Source of the DNA: Phoronis australis
Lineage: Eukaryota; Animalia; Phoronida
DNA length: 64,000 nucleotides
Direction of reading: 5' to 3'
Assembly: GCA_002633005.1 (NCBI GenBank)
Contig: NMRA01000224.1
Coordinates: forward strand, 187,759-251,758
The translations under genes and the position numbers were made by a program. Under the pieces are notes generated by a model. The model did not search any database. It saw nothing but the letters and a program-made list of their open reading frames with translations, and was not told the DNA's origin. Below are positions 1 through 11,054 of this stretch, one piece after another. Numbering within the stretch: the stretch's first letter is position 1; each line of letters starts with the position of its first letter.

Positions 1-1283
1 TCTGTTGACAGGATCTGGAGAATCAAATGAATATGGCCGAGAAGCTTCGCATCACCCTGTTGAAGGACTTCTTCGTGTAGTTACTACGACATGGTCACAT
101 GACACTTGCCATCACCCTATTGGACGACTTCCATGTAGCGTTTTCTGCGCATCTCGCGATACTCATAAGTTTCACCAAGAAGACTGCTATTGTTTGTAGG
201 TTACATCCACATTGTTGCCATGGTACTATACCACTGCTATTCGTCATGGCGTCCATGATAGAACTGCAGATGTTACCCTTGGTCGCAGTGTTCTTGGTAG
301 TACCATTATTATTCATTCTTCTTAGTCGCAGTATCCATGTTAGAGTCCCCATTATTCCCTGTGGTCACAGTGTTCACGGTAGAATCATCGCTATCAGTCT
401 TGGTCATGAACTTTACGTGATCTCGTGTAAACATGTAGCCATAAGTTTATTAGCTGACGTTCATTTGAGCTGACAATGTTAACGGTCGTTATTCGCTGGT
501 CATTACTCGCTGGTCATTACATGTGTTACAATATCAGGTGTTAGCAGGGTTGGCCCACTCGATTTTACATCTCACAACCATTTTCCTAATGAGGCCAGTA
601 CTGTGTTTCAACCAATGGTTGTCAGAGGAATTAAGTATTTGTGAATTTTACATTGTGATGAAGTTTTTTTATATTCATTCACGCTTCGTGAAAATTTCTC
701 ATTTGTGTATCTCGGGCCAAAAAAGCATAGTTGTGATTTTTAGTTTCTCACTTTTTCGATTAAGATTCTCCTAAAACGAGCGAGCATAAATTATGCTGGA
801 TTTTCTTACTCATAGCTTGTTAAGTCATGGCATTCCAAACCTTACATGCCTTTGTGCAGCTTGTCAAATGGAACTAAAGACCCTTGCTTAAATAATGCGG
901 GCGGGAGGTTTATTGGTCAGTGAACGCAATATCTTAAAATAAGCTTGGGTACAAAGCAGGACCAACTTAGCTTTTTTGGCCTAATTTGCAGACCTGTGTT
1001 AAGTATTGTGAGTATTGGGCGATTTAACTTCTGAAGGACCTTATAATGGAAGAATTTTAACATTGAGTTTCTTGGAAACGTTACACAATACATGTACTAT
1101 TAATACTCGGTGCCTTTTCTTCCCGATATGTTTAAAATGCTTGTCACATTGCACCTATATCTTAGTACCAACAGGACTTTTCATTTGAAAACAATTTTGG
1201 CTTATTAATTTCAGGAGTAATCTGTTCAGTTTAGTCAAACATTTACAAAACTATAAAAATGACCTTCATCAAGTATTTATTTT

Positions 1284-2347
1284 ATGAGCGAGTTATCCGA
1301 GTGTAGAATTTAATCTTGCACTTAGTAACAATCTGCCATAGAATGGGACAAATGACCATATCTTTTTAGTATAATGCATGTACAGCTGAGGAGTAGCATG
1401 ATGAATGTAAAAAATGCTGACCACTGGTTTTGATTTTATGCAAATTCAAGTCTTCCTATTACAACTCTTCTACCGTTGTTGGTCATTTTCCCCAAGTCAC
1501 ATTTAACTTGGATCTGTCAATCATTGCCGAGATGCGATTCTCCAAATTAATATTGTCTTCAGAGACAAAGTATGATGGTCCCAGGACCAGCTTGTTGGGG
1601 TCACTGCGGTCGAAGTAACTTTATCGAATGTTTTGCACTTGTGTCTGGAAATTCTTCAGTGCAATGCACAATAAAATCGAAAATCGTGTTTTGAAAAATC
1701 ATAGAAGTGTATTGTAACCTTTAACTGAATATGAACACACATATTCATAAGAAAACTTTGGCAGTCCAAGTTGACTTTAAATGCCACATCTCGTGTTCAT
1801 AATGAAACCGAGAAGNATGAGCGAGTTATCCGAGTGTAGAATTTAATCTTGCACTTAGTAACAATCTGCCATAGAATGGGACAAATGACCATATCTTTTT
1901 AGTATAATGCATTTACAGCTGAGGAGTAGCATGATGAATGTAAAAAATGCTGACCACTGGTTTTGATTTTATGCAAACTCAAGTCTTCCTATTACAACTC
2001 TTCTACCGTTGTTGGTCATTTTCCCAAGTCACATTTAACTTGGATCTGTCAATCATTGCCGAGATGCGATTCTCCAAATTAATATTGTCTTCAGAGACAA
2101 AGTATGATGGTCCCAGGACCAGCTTGTTGGGGTCACTGCGGTCGAAGTAACTTTATCGAATGTTTTGCACTTGTGTCTGGAAATTCTTCAGTGCAATGCA
2201 CAATAAAATCGAAAATCGTGTTTTGAAAAATCATAGAAGTGTATTGTAACCTTTAACTGAATATGAACACACATATTCATAAGAAAACTTTGGCAGTCCA
2301 AGTTGACTTTAAATGCCACATCTCGTGTTCATAATGAAACCGAGAAG
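1284..2347. repeat. ~531-bp direct duplication around a single-N gap (likely assembly or haplotype overlap)
   Basis: 1284-1815 and 1817-2347 differ by about two substitutions and one indel, and both abut N1816 exactly. Confidence 0.85.
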
Positions 2348-2835
2348 AACCAGAGCTAGTTCATTCCCAACACAGTCCCTCTTGTTATATACCTGACTAC
2401 AAACTCTACAACACCTACACAGGTTATTACAGGTCCACTAACTGTCATAGTCTGCACAATAGACCATCTCAATGACCCTTAATCTTGTTTCAAACCACCT
2501 ACAACAGGCCTTGCTTTCGTAACACTGACTGACAAATGGATATATTACGTAAACAAAACATAGACCTCTTACACAGAATAAGTGGTTATCTCTCTTCATC
2601 GCCCGTCATGGCACCATAACTACTTCAGAACCTAATAGTTGCATTGATGCGTGAGCTCATTCTTTGATGATTCACTTATCATTCAAATCTTGTTCATAAA
2701 TCGTTCAAATCTTGATTAATTGTAGTTCCCTGGTGAACTACAGTAACATAGACTCGTGAAATTAGTCGATTTTGACGACATCGTTTAATTCCGGGAGACA
2801 ACAGTAGTGACTGGAGCACCCCCTGATGACTAAAT

Positions 2836-2927
2836 AACATGGTATCTGTCCCTAAGATTACCTCAACATGGGATCTGTCCCTTGGATTGACCTCAACATG
2901 GGATCTGTCCCTTGGATTGACCTCAAC
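2836..2927. repeat. ~30-bp tandem repeat, about 3 copies
   Basis: Units of aacatgggatctgtcccttggattgacctc. Confidence 0.85.
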
Positions 2928-3677
2928 GAAACGTAACACATGGTATATCAGTCCAGGCTTACTTGGTGAGGGTTATACAACACGAGGTTCTAAAACTAGG
3001 GGAAAATGGGGCAAGGAGGAGTCGCAAGGGGGGGGGGAGATCTGTATACACTTGGCATCAACCAATACTAACATGTATTCAGTATACAAAAGTAAATATA
3101 TAGATATCTATGTTCTTGTTACTTCTCTACTATTCCACAATATTCTTAACATACTTAATACCTTTGATAGTGACACAGATAACTTGGTAAGAAGCTACAA
3201 CATGCCCAACAATTCCACCGTCATATACACTTAACAAACTAAGAACACCTAAATCAAATCATGATTAAACTTGCCCAATGTTCAACAAAGATTTGAAACT
3301 GCTCTATAAATGAGTACCTTGTGAGTATTATGAATCTACACTAATGGTTATGCTCTAGTCAATATATAATTGTGATATTTTTTAATACAATTAAAATTTG
3401 TTCATTACCATCTTTTTTTACTGGCAAGACAGTCTGAAACATGATCAAATTGTTTAAAATGGAAGCTCCAGAGTGAAGATTTGACCTCTGCCCTTTACAC
3501 TTTGACCTAGTACAACATGGCACCAAATACAGGAATCAGCAGAAATATGGCAGCAATAAATAAAATGATTTACAAGACAGCAACATTGATCAAACAAAGA
3601 TAAAGCCAGGTGATCACTATAAAAGACCCAGAAACACAAACAACGTTGAGTATTAGCAAAGAGTGTAGTGTTAAGTT

Positions 3678-4882
3678 TTAGGGGGGTACGTATGGGGGGG
3701 GACTCGGTTGATACGAAGGCTCTGTGCGTGGACGGGGAAGAGTAGAATCTTCACTATTCACGGGGGGGTCGGGAGGATGATACGCTGGCACCAGCGTCTC
3801 GTTTTCCATTTCTAACTCGTCCTCGGGAGGGTCGTCTTCTATAGGTTCTTTGTGGTCTGACGGTGGCGTCGACGGCGTGTTAGATCCCTCGCGGTGATAG
3901 GCAGGCGGTTCCTGCGCGGGTTGCTCATTGTCCATAATAAGTGGTCTGGCCGGAGACTCCGCTTTGTCGTCTAGTTCGTCCGCAAATATAATTGGGATCC
4001 CTTTGTTAACAAACGTGCGTTGTTCTTCCGTCTTCATTTTGCCTTGTCGTCGTTTCCGGTACAACACGCATGCGATAATGCCAGCCAGAAGAAGCAAAGC
4101 TACAATGATGACTGCTGGTAAAACTTTAACAACAAGGTCATCGTCATCACCTTTAGACTCCCCTCCTTTCCCAGGCTTAGCTGTGGTCGGCTCAGGCTCA
4201 GGTTCTGTTCTTGGTATCGGAACAGATGAAACAGGCTCGAATTCCCCTTGGCAAGAACCTTTGGGTTCCAGTGCCAAGGACGACAATTCAAATGGGTGCA
4301 TCATTTCCTTCGCTTCAGGTGTAAATGTGCCATTGGGATACATCAGCTTCTTCAAGAGACCTTCCACGCCTTCGGAGTTGCAGCTATCGCCACCTAGTGA
4401 TGTGTCGGTCCACGAGAGAATAACGGAGCCACGCTTGAGACCAGTGATCTGCAAGTTATTACCATTTTTGTTACCTAACAAATTGCCCAACTTCCTAAGA
4501 AAATCGAGCTGCATGTGGACGTCATTGACAAACGTATCGTAGTCAATATTTAAGGTCATGGTGAACTCATGACTGATGGCCTCTTGCTCACCAGGACGAG
4601 GAGCTAATACCATGATGTCCAGTGCTGTCCTCACTAACGCTTCGCTAGAATCCATTGCTGACACCTTCAGTTGATACAGACCGATATCTTTCTCCATCGG
4701 AAGACCAATTAACTCTTGCTTCTTCGCATTGTATTTTAGCCAAAAGTTCCTTGGTAGTGTTGTACCTTCCAGAGTTGTGACGAGAACGGCAAGTTTGCGA
4801 GTGTTGCCATCCTCGGCATCGATGAAAGTGTCTTTCGGAATTCTGAATCGGAACACGTTCCCGACAGTGGCAGGTATTTGAC
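3678..4882 (-). CDS. DAG1: Dystroglycan terminal exon B (distal): second cadherin-like domain, SEA domain, TM, cytoplasmic tail
   Basis: Acceptor tatttattttcgtag|GT, phase 1, giving RI-G-QIPATVGNVF. Contains FIDAEDGNTRKL, RGSVILSWTD, TM VLPAVIIVALLLLAGIIACVLY, RKRRQGK, KGIPIIFADELD and PPPYVPP*. Predicted precursor 841 aa. Confidence 0.93.
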
Positions 4883-5249
4883 CTACGAAAATAAATATAA
4901 CACATCACCACGTATTATCATTTTTAAAATCAATAATGGTCGGGAAAAAAACAAGGGCCTGACATGGGCTTGAAAGTTCCGACAACTGCAAGCTCTCAAC
5001 TCCAGTTCAAGTATTTCTCATACTTACTTTTGACGCAACGTAGTTTTAGCAGACACACAAATGATTCTAGGTCAAGATATAAAATTTTATTCGAGATGGG
5101 CCTCACTCTTACCAAATTTTCATGAAAACTTGGGTTTTCTCCTCAGACATGCTGGTAATAATTAGAAATGGTAGATGTGAACACAACGGTTGAGTGTGAC
5201 AGCTTGTGTGCAACAAATGTACAAACAAAATGTGTAACTAAATTATATA

Positions 5250-5255
5250 TTTATT
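5250..5255 (-). terminator. Candidate polyadenylation signal for terminal exon A
   Basis: AATAAA on the minus strand followed by a T/GT-rich tract (ttttgtttgtacatttgttg). Other AATAAA hexamers occur at 7263-7268, 5994-5999 and 5086-5091. Confidence 0.4.
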
Positions 5256-7780
5256 GTGAAATGTTTCTATGACATAAGACAGTAGGAATATATGAACTTA
5301 TATAGTAGAACACACAAGAGGTATCGCTTACCAGAAACAGCAGCGATACTTCAGCAAATAATACCGACCAGTTAAAAGGTCAAAAGTCACACCTCATTTT
5401 CCCAAGTATCAGAACATTCCACTAAAGTGGAATTGTTCTTCAGTTAGCTCAAGAAATTGTGACAAGAGAAAAACCAGTTACATTCCACTGAAAAGTCAAA
5501 TTTACCCCATGTTTGTACAAATCAAGTAATGTGGACAAAACATGGTAGAGTTGGTTAGCCATGGACTCATATGCTGTAAATGTAATTCTTATGAAAAATT
5601 TGTTTTTTCTACACTGTATAAATTTAAAGTCCATGCTCAGACACCATTAACAACATCAGAGAAACATTTAAAGGCAGGTTTTACAAGATTTAAAAAACTT
5701 AGTAGAACGAGTATTTAAATCACAGCAAAGACAAGACAACATGTCGACCCATAACTAATTCTAAAGCCTACCAGTCCATCAAAACAAACTACACACTTAG
5801 ACTACTATACTTACATGGCCATAACTTTTTCAACCATTGCTACGAAACAAGACATCGTGCAAAGAAAAACAATGGCTGTTACATTGATAGATACTGAACT
5901 ATCAAACATTGATAGATACTGAACTATCAAACATTGACAGTTTAAGTGAGCTTGGATAGCAGAAATATTGGTACGATAATTGTTACGAATATGTTTATTA
6001 CAATAAACAATTGGACATAACAGAAGAAATGTGCAATCTTTCGACCATATGCAGGAACAAATAATGGGTCCAGGATCTAACTTCTGAACTCAAACTAGAC
6101 TCGACCAATCACCCTGTACAATTGGAGTACAGATTTGCAAGTTTACTCGATGTGTGTCATGCAAATGTATGGTCAGCTTTGGAGTTGAGTTTCGAGAACA
6201 GATATTACATTCCATGCTCTGGGTTATGACCAAGGAGATGCGAACATCTATTAAAAAGGGGTTCATTTTTACCCTATACAGCAATGATGGAGAGGCTGCA
6301 CACTCCACAACAACACAAGATTGGCAAATAATTCAGAAACAACAAACATAATTCAGAGGCGTGCAGACTGATCTGTATTACAACGCCAGTTCAAGATTTA
6401 CATAATTCAGTCTACGATCAATGCAGTCATCTCAGCTACACACCAAAGAATGTATAAAAGCAGTTGAGATACAAACCCAAACATTTGAGTGCCATAAAAT
6501 TCAAAGGATATTTTCTAAATCATTGACCAAGCAGTGTACTATAGCTACATCTCTCACTGAAAGTGGACAATTACATCTGTATATGTCTATAAAACCATGA
6601 ATTTACAATTAAAATTAAAATTAAAATCTCATATAATAAAAGTAAAATAATTTAAATCAACTGTACACCACATGGATGATGAACCAAACATTTAGCTCTC
6701 AGCATCGCAACAAACCTAACACAACATAACCTCTACTTGCAATTTCCATGGCGTTTATCGTTTTCAGTATTACCACGACAATTTCTGAAACTGCTCATTT
6801 TCGGAATTGTTCCCATTAATATAGTTCCCATTTACTCACCTGGATGAGAGCATATTACTTGATGACAAATCCTAAATTAATTGCTGTGCTTTAATGTTCA
6901 TCGTTAGTAAGAAATCACCTCTTTTACAAAAAACATACTGGGTGCATTTTATGCAATTTAAGTTGCTTTCCCTGAAACAACATATAGTGCAGTTAACGTA
7001 AATTCCTAGAAACAAAGAGGTTGCTCTTTTTACCTAAACCACTAGGCAAAAACTAACACCTGACTTACAAAAGCGTTAACGAAGTAGCGACAACTCTCCT
7101 CCATTCAAGAAAAACATAGACTCTCATGCCCATAAAACCAAAACAAGCACGCGATTGAATATCAATAAAGCCGAAAATTTACTGTAACTTGCATAAAAAT
7201 TGACGCAATATTTTCTCAAGAGCAATTGACAAAATATACTGCGTAATATTCAATCCGTGGGCTTTATTTTAATCAAGTTTCCAAGTTTTCTCCACCACTA
7301 GGACGAAGCAAGTCATTTTTTTCTTTCAACTGCAATGTTCGTCCGATGCTGCTCTCTAGCATCACGTGAAGTAATTATGCTAAATGAAGACGCATATTGT
7401 GTAAACGGGTGCGTCGCATTTTACACAACCTTGAAAATTTGTAAGAAATAAAACTGAAAAATATACAACCATCGGTTTCATTTCTTGATTATCTTCCTTT
7501 CATTTCCATTCAAGAAGCACTGAGGTGTGTCTCTGTCAAATATACATTGTTCGTTATTCTGCACTGGAGAAATGATTTTAATCCTCTTTTGATGGACACC
7601 AAGAAATTGAAATTGGACCCCAAAAATTTCGGAAGGCAGAACCAGTGGACCCTGAGTTTGGAATTATGGGGCGAACACTGCAATGACTGTACAATTTGAG
7701 TCTTTAACACCACTAAGTTCAAGTAGTTAATATCATATGGCATAACTAACGGAGCACGTGAACACAATGTAGCTGCCGCA

Positions 7781-8952
7781 TTATGGTGGAACATAAGGCG
7801 GAGGACTAGGCTGATAGGAGGGTTCAGTGCGAGGACGAGACGACCGTGAGCTCTCATCACCCGACGGTGGTCGCGGTGGTTGGTAAAGCCGAGATGACGA
7901 GTCCTCCATTGGTTTGTCCTCCGCTGAGCTGTCAGTGTGGTAGGCGGGTGGTTTCTCAGTCTCCAAGATTAATGGCTTGGTAGCATTCTCCGGCTTCTCA
8001 TCCATCTCATCAGTGAAGATGACAGGAATACCTTTGTTGATAAACGTATTCTGATCTTCATCAGACATCTTGCCTTTTCGTTTCTTGCGGTATAAAATGA
8101 AGGCTATGAGTCCGGCCAGCAACAACATGGCAGCAATCACCACCGCCGGCACCACGGTCACAACCCACTTGTCCTTTTCGTCGCCAGATTTAGACTCCTC
8201 TTCATATCCGGCAGGAGTTGTCATAGCAACGGCAGGAGTTATCATAGCAACGGCAGGAGTTGTCATAGCAACGGCGGGAGCCCATGTCACTGGCTTGAAA
8301 CCCGTCCTATTCTTCATGCAAGCACCTTTGGGTTGCAACGAGACAGACATGATCTCATAGTCACCCATCTTGTCCAACATATTTGCTGTAAAGGTCTTGT
8401 TCACATACATCACCTTTCCAAGCAGATTGGCTATCGCTCGGACTGGACACTGGTCAGAGGTCAAAGAGGAGTTTGTCCAACTGATAATGACCGACCCTTC
8501 TTTTAAACTAGTAATGACCAGTTTACCTGGATCATCTTCGCCAAACACACTCGCCAGTTTCGTCAAGAATTCCAGCTGCATGTGGACGTCATTCATAAAC
8601 GTCTCATAGTCGATATTCAGCCTCATGGCAAACTCAAACGTAGCATCCTTAACTGCGTCACTCTTGCCGGCCTCCTGCACATTGATGTCAAATGGACTCC
8701 TCTCTAACTGTGCATCTTTATCGATTGCCGTCACAAAAAACTGGTACTTCTTCACGTGCCTCTCAAGTGGAAGACCAATAATCTCTTGTCGCTTCTTGTC
8801 GTAAGTCAGCCAGAAATTCTTGGGAAGGGATGTTCCAGCAATGGTGCTTACAGTTAAAAGTAAGTTACGAGTGTCCCCATCTTCCTGATCGTAGAAAAGG
8901 TCTTTCTTGAATTGATAGCGGAACACTTGGCCGACTGTCGCAGTCAACATAC
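7781..8952 (-). CDS. DAG1: Dystroglycan terminal exon A (proximal): second cadherin-like domain, SEA domain, TM, cytoplasmic tail
   Basis: Acceptor cattgtattccag|GT, phase 1, giving RI-G-MLTATVGQVF. Contains FYDQEDGDTRNL, EGSVIISWTN, TM VVPAVVIAAMLLLAGLIAFILY, RKKRKGK, KGIPVIFTDEMD and PPPYVPP*. Predicted precursor 830 aa. Confidence 0.93.
8209..8280. repeat. Coding 21-bp tandem repeat x3 encoding (PAVAMTT)3 in exon A
   Basis: Units of cggcaggagttgtcatagcaa at period 21. Confidence 0.9.
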
Positions 8953-9248
8953 CTGGAATACAATGTAGGTGCAGTGAAGACATTTCGCACATTCAGAAAA
9001 GAAATGCCAGACAAAGGGACTACGAAATAAATTAATTACAAAACAAAGGTACAACATCAAAGCAAGTACAACATGCAAATGACTGGTTTCATATTTTCCA
9101 AACAATCCAAGTAGCCGTGAGGTGTAGAGTTCTCCAAGCACTATCAGAGAAGTGTCAGTCAAGATATCTCAAAAAGTCAAAATCGAGCATTAAAACATTA
9201 GGGGAATGTCATGATCAAAAGCACAAAAATGCCTGGTAGTTCTCATTA

Positions 9249-9411
9249 GCAGTTATAGCAACTGCGGCTGTTGTCATAGCAACAAAGGCCTTGTCATAAC
9301 AACATGAGCCATTGCCATAGCAATTCGGGCCGTGGTCATAGCAACATGGGCCTTTCTTGTAGAAATTTGGGACATTGTCGTCATAGCAACTCGGGTCGTT
9401 GTCATAGCAAT
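9249..9411. repeat. Degenerate ~21-bp intronic repeat, about 7-8 units, sharing its core with the exon A repeat
   Basis: gttgtcatagcaac-like cores at 9270, 9290, 9311, 9332, 9377 and 9398. Confidence 0.8.
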
Positions 9412-10210
9412 TGCGACCGATCAAGGGTAGCAGCGGCACAAGAAAGCATGAGCATGCAATGCCTCGAGCAACTCACCTGGCGATAATACATGACGAGGTT
9501 GTCAAGTGGTAGCAGACGTCCAACATCCAGGCTATAGACCGTCAAGACTGAACACGGCTCTATGGGTAACACTGGGTTAGTTTGGTTGGGGTTCATGAGA
9601 TATCTTTAACAGACACCCTCTGTATGCCTTACACGCCAGACAAGACCATGTTCAGAAAATGCCTCACAGCGTAACTACCATAAGGTAATACGTAGCAAAT
9701 ACCTGGACATGCTCTAACAGCGTCCTGTTATAACAGCCCCAAACAGCGCCGCCTTAAAGTGGTAAAAACACACACATTGGCCATAGTACTTGTCCTGATG
9801 AGTCTCCTTGCTAATGTACTGTTGACGAAAATAGTTTAAGCTTTATTTGCCCAAAACATGCTTTCAGTTCACTACTAGTACCTTCTCACCTAAATTGGCG
9901 AAATTTTAAAGCAAACTTTTCTGGCAAATGTCAAATGATTTATTTTTGTTTCTGATATCTTTTTAAGTTTATTGCACAACATTGACAAATCCAAACAAGT
10001 TTTGATGAAACTCCTCAACTTTTTTGAGAACTACGTATAAAACATGGTATCATTGTAGGTTTTTGAGCAATTTTATAATAATTCATTTACTAAGATAATT
10101 TTTTTAAATGTTCCTGAAACAAGATATGACTGCCGACAATTGAGGTTGTTAAGCAGTGCAAAATGATTATCGTTTCAACAGAAAATTTGCTGTCTAAATA
10201 CATTACTCAT

Positions 10211-10378
10211 CAGGGGTGGATCCAGGATTTTGAGTTAGGGGAGACCAGGGCAGAGTATTAGCCAGGATTTTGCCCATCAGACATTCACACCCCACCCCCT
10301 GAACTGCCAAATGGAATCTGGGAGAAATTTAGAGGGGGCCATGGCCCCCTTGCCCCCCTCCCCTTAAATTCGCCACTG
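10211..10378. mobile_element. Short non-autonomous DNA transposon (MITE-like)
   Basis: Imperfect TIRs caggggtggatcc...aattcgccactg, flanked by the 5-bp direct repeat CTCAT (10206-10210, 10379-10383). A second copy lies at 60335-60608. Confidence 0.75.
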
Positions 10379-10722
10379 CTCATATACTGAATATTTTTAT
10401 GAAGTTAACATTAGCAAGAGGATTCATTAGTAGACATACCATTGGACGCTGGGCGAAAGCAAAAGAAGTGCCTTGAGTATGCTCCCAAACAAACAGGCAC
10501 AACTGATAGTACAATTATTACACTGGTACAGTGTACGTCTGCCACTGTGATGGCTGCTGGTGAGTGAACAAACACAAACACATCCTTTCGTTCATATATT
10601 AAAACCAAATGAGGACGGTCACCATTACTTTCAAATAAAGTGAAGAATTACAACTAATATACAGAATATTCTACTTAGATGTTACACTTAACACTACAGC
10701 TATTAAAACACTAAACAACATC

Positions 10723-11054
10723 TTAAAGTGGCAATAAACCCACATTCACTCCAAGAAGCTAAATTTTGACTTCGACTCCTCCCTGCTGTAAAATTGGTCT
10801 CAACTTGTTCCTTACTCACACGACAAGTAATTTTGGCCTTGCAAAAAACTGAAAGTTCGTTATTCCTTGAGACTAAGACATGCCGTGACAAGTAAAACTG
10901 TGGAGGGTGGTCTTGAGCAATAGTAAACTGACAAGCCCAGAAGTCGCACCTATTTTGACTTGAGAACATTTTCAGTGAAACCAACTTCACAATGTTAAGA
11001 AGTATGAATCAAAAATTGTTTTTGTGATTGAAAGTGGGTTTGCATTCGCTTTAA
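10723..11054. mobile_element. Degenerate TTAA-flanked MITE (Kolobok/piggyBac-like ends)
   Basis: TTAA|AG...CT|TTAA with ~25-bp imperfect TIRs (aaacccacattca versus aaacccactttca). Confidence 0.4.

Noticed and set aside
1-470. Coding-like T/N/D-rich minus-strand sequence at the window edge (possible third terminal exon)
   Set aside because: It has stops in all frames and no dystroglycan motifs. It may be a decayed element but cannot be identified.
1284-2347. 531-bp tandem duplication with twin ORFs (1430-1618, 1947-2150)
   Set aside because: The copies are near-identical and meet exactly at a single-N gap, typical of an unmerged contig or haplotype overlap.
3928-8609. Plus-strand ORFs 3928-4542, 8070-8360 and 8370-8609 (and 15768-16028)
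   Set aside because: Antisense shadows of dystroglycan exons.
3678-8952. Exons A and B as an assembly artefact or as two independent genes
   Set aside because: They are highly diverged at silent sites with no gap between them, and no signal peptide or N-terminal exons were found between them. Both match the single phase-1 donor.
8953-8992. ORF-track N-terminal extensions and starts (MCEMSSLHLHCIP; MFQ at 16267; VSWQSP... after 15542)
   Set aside because: These are intronic sequence outside the splice sites.
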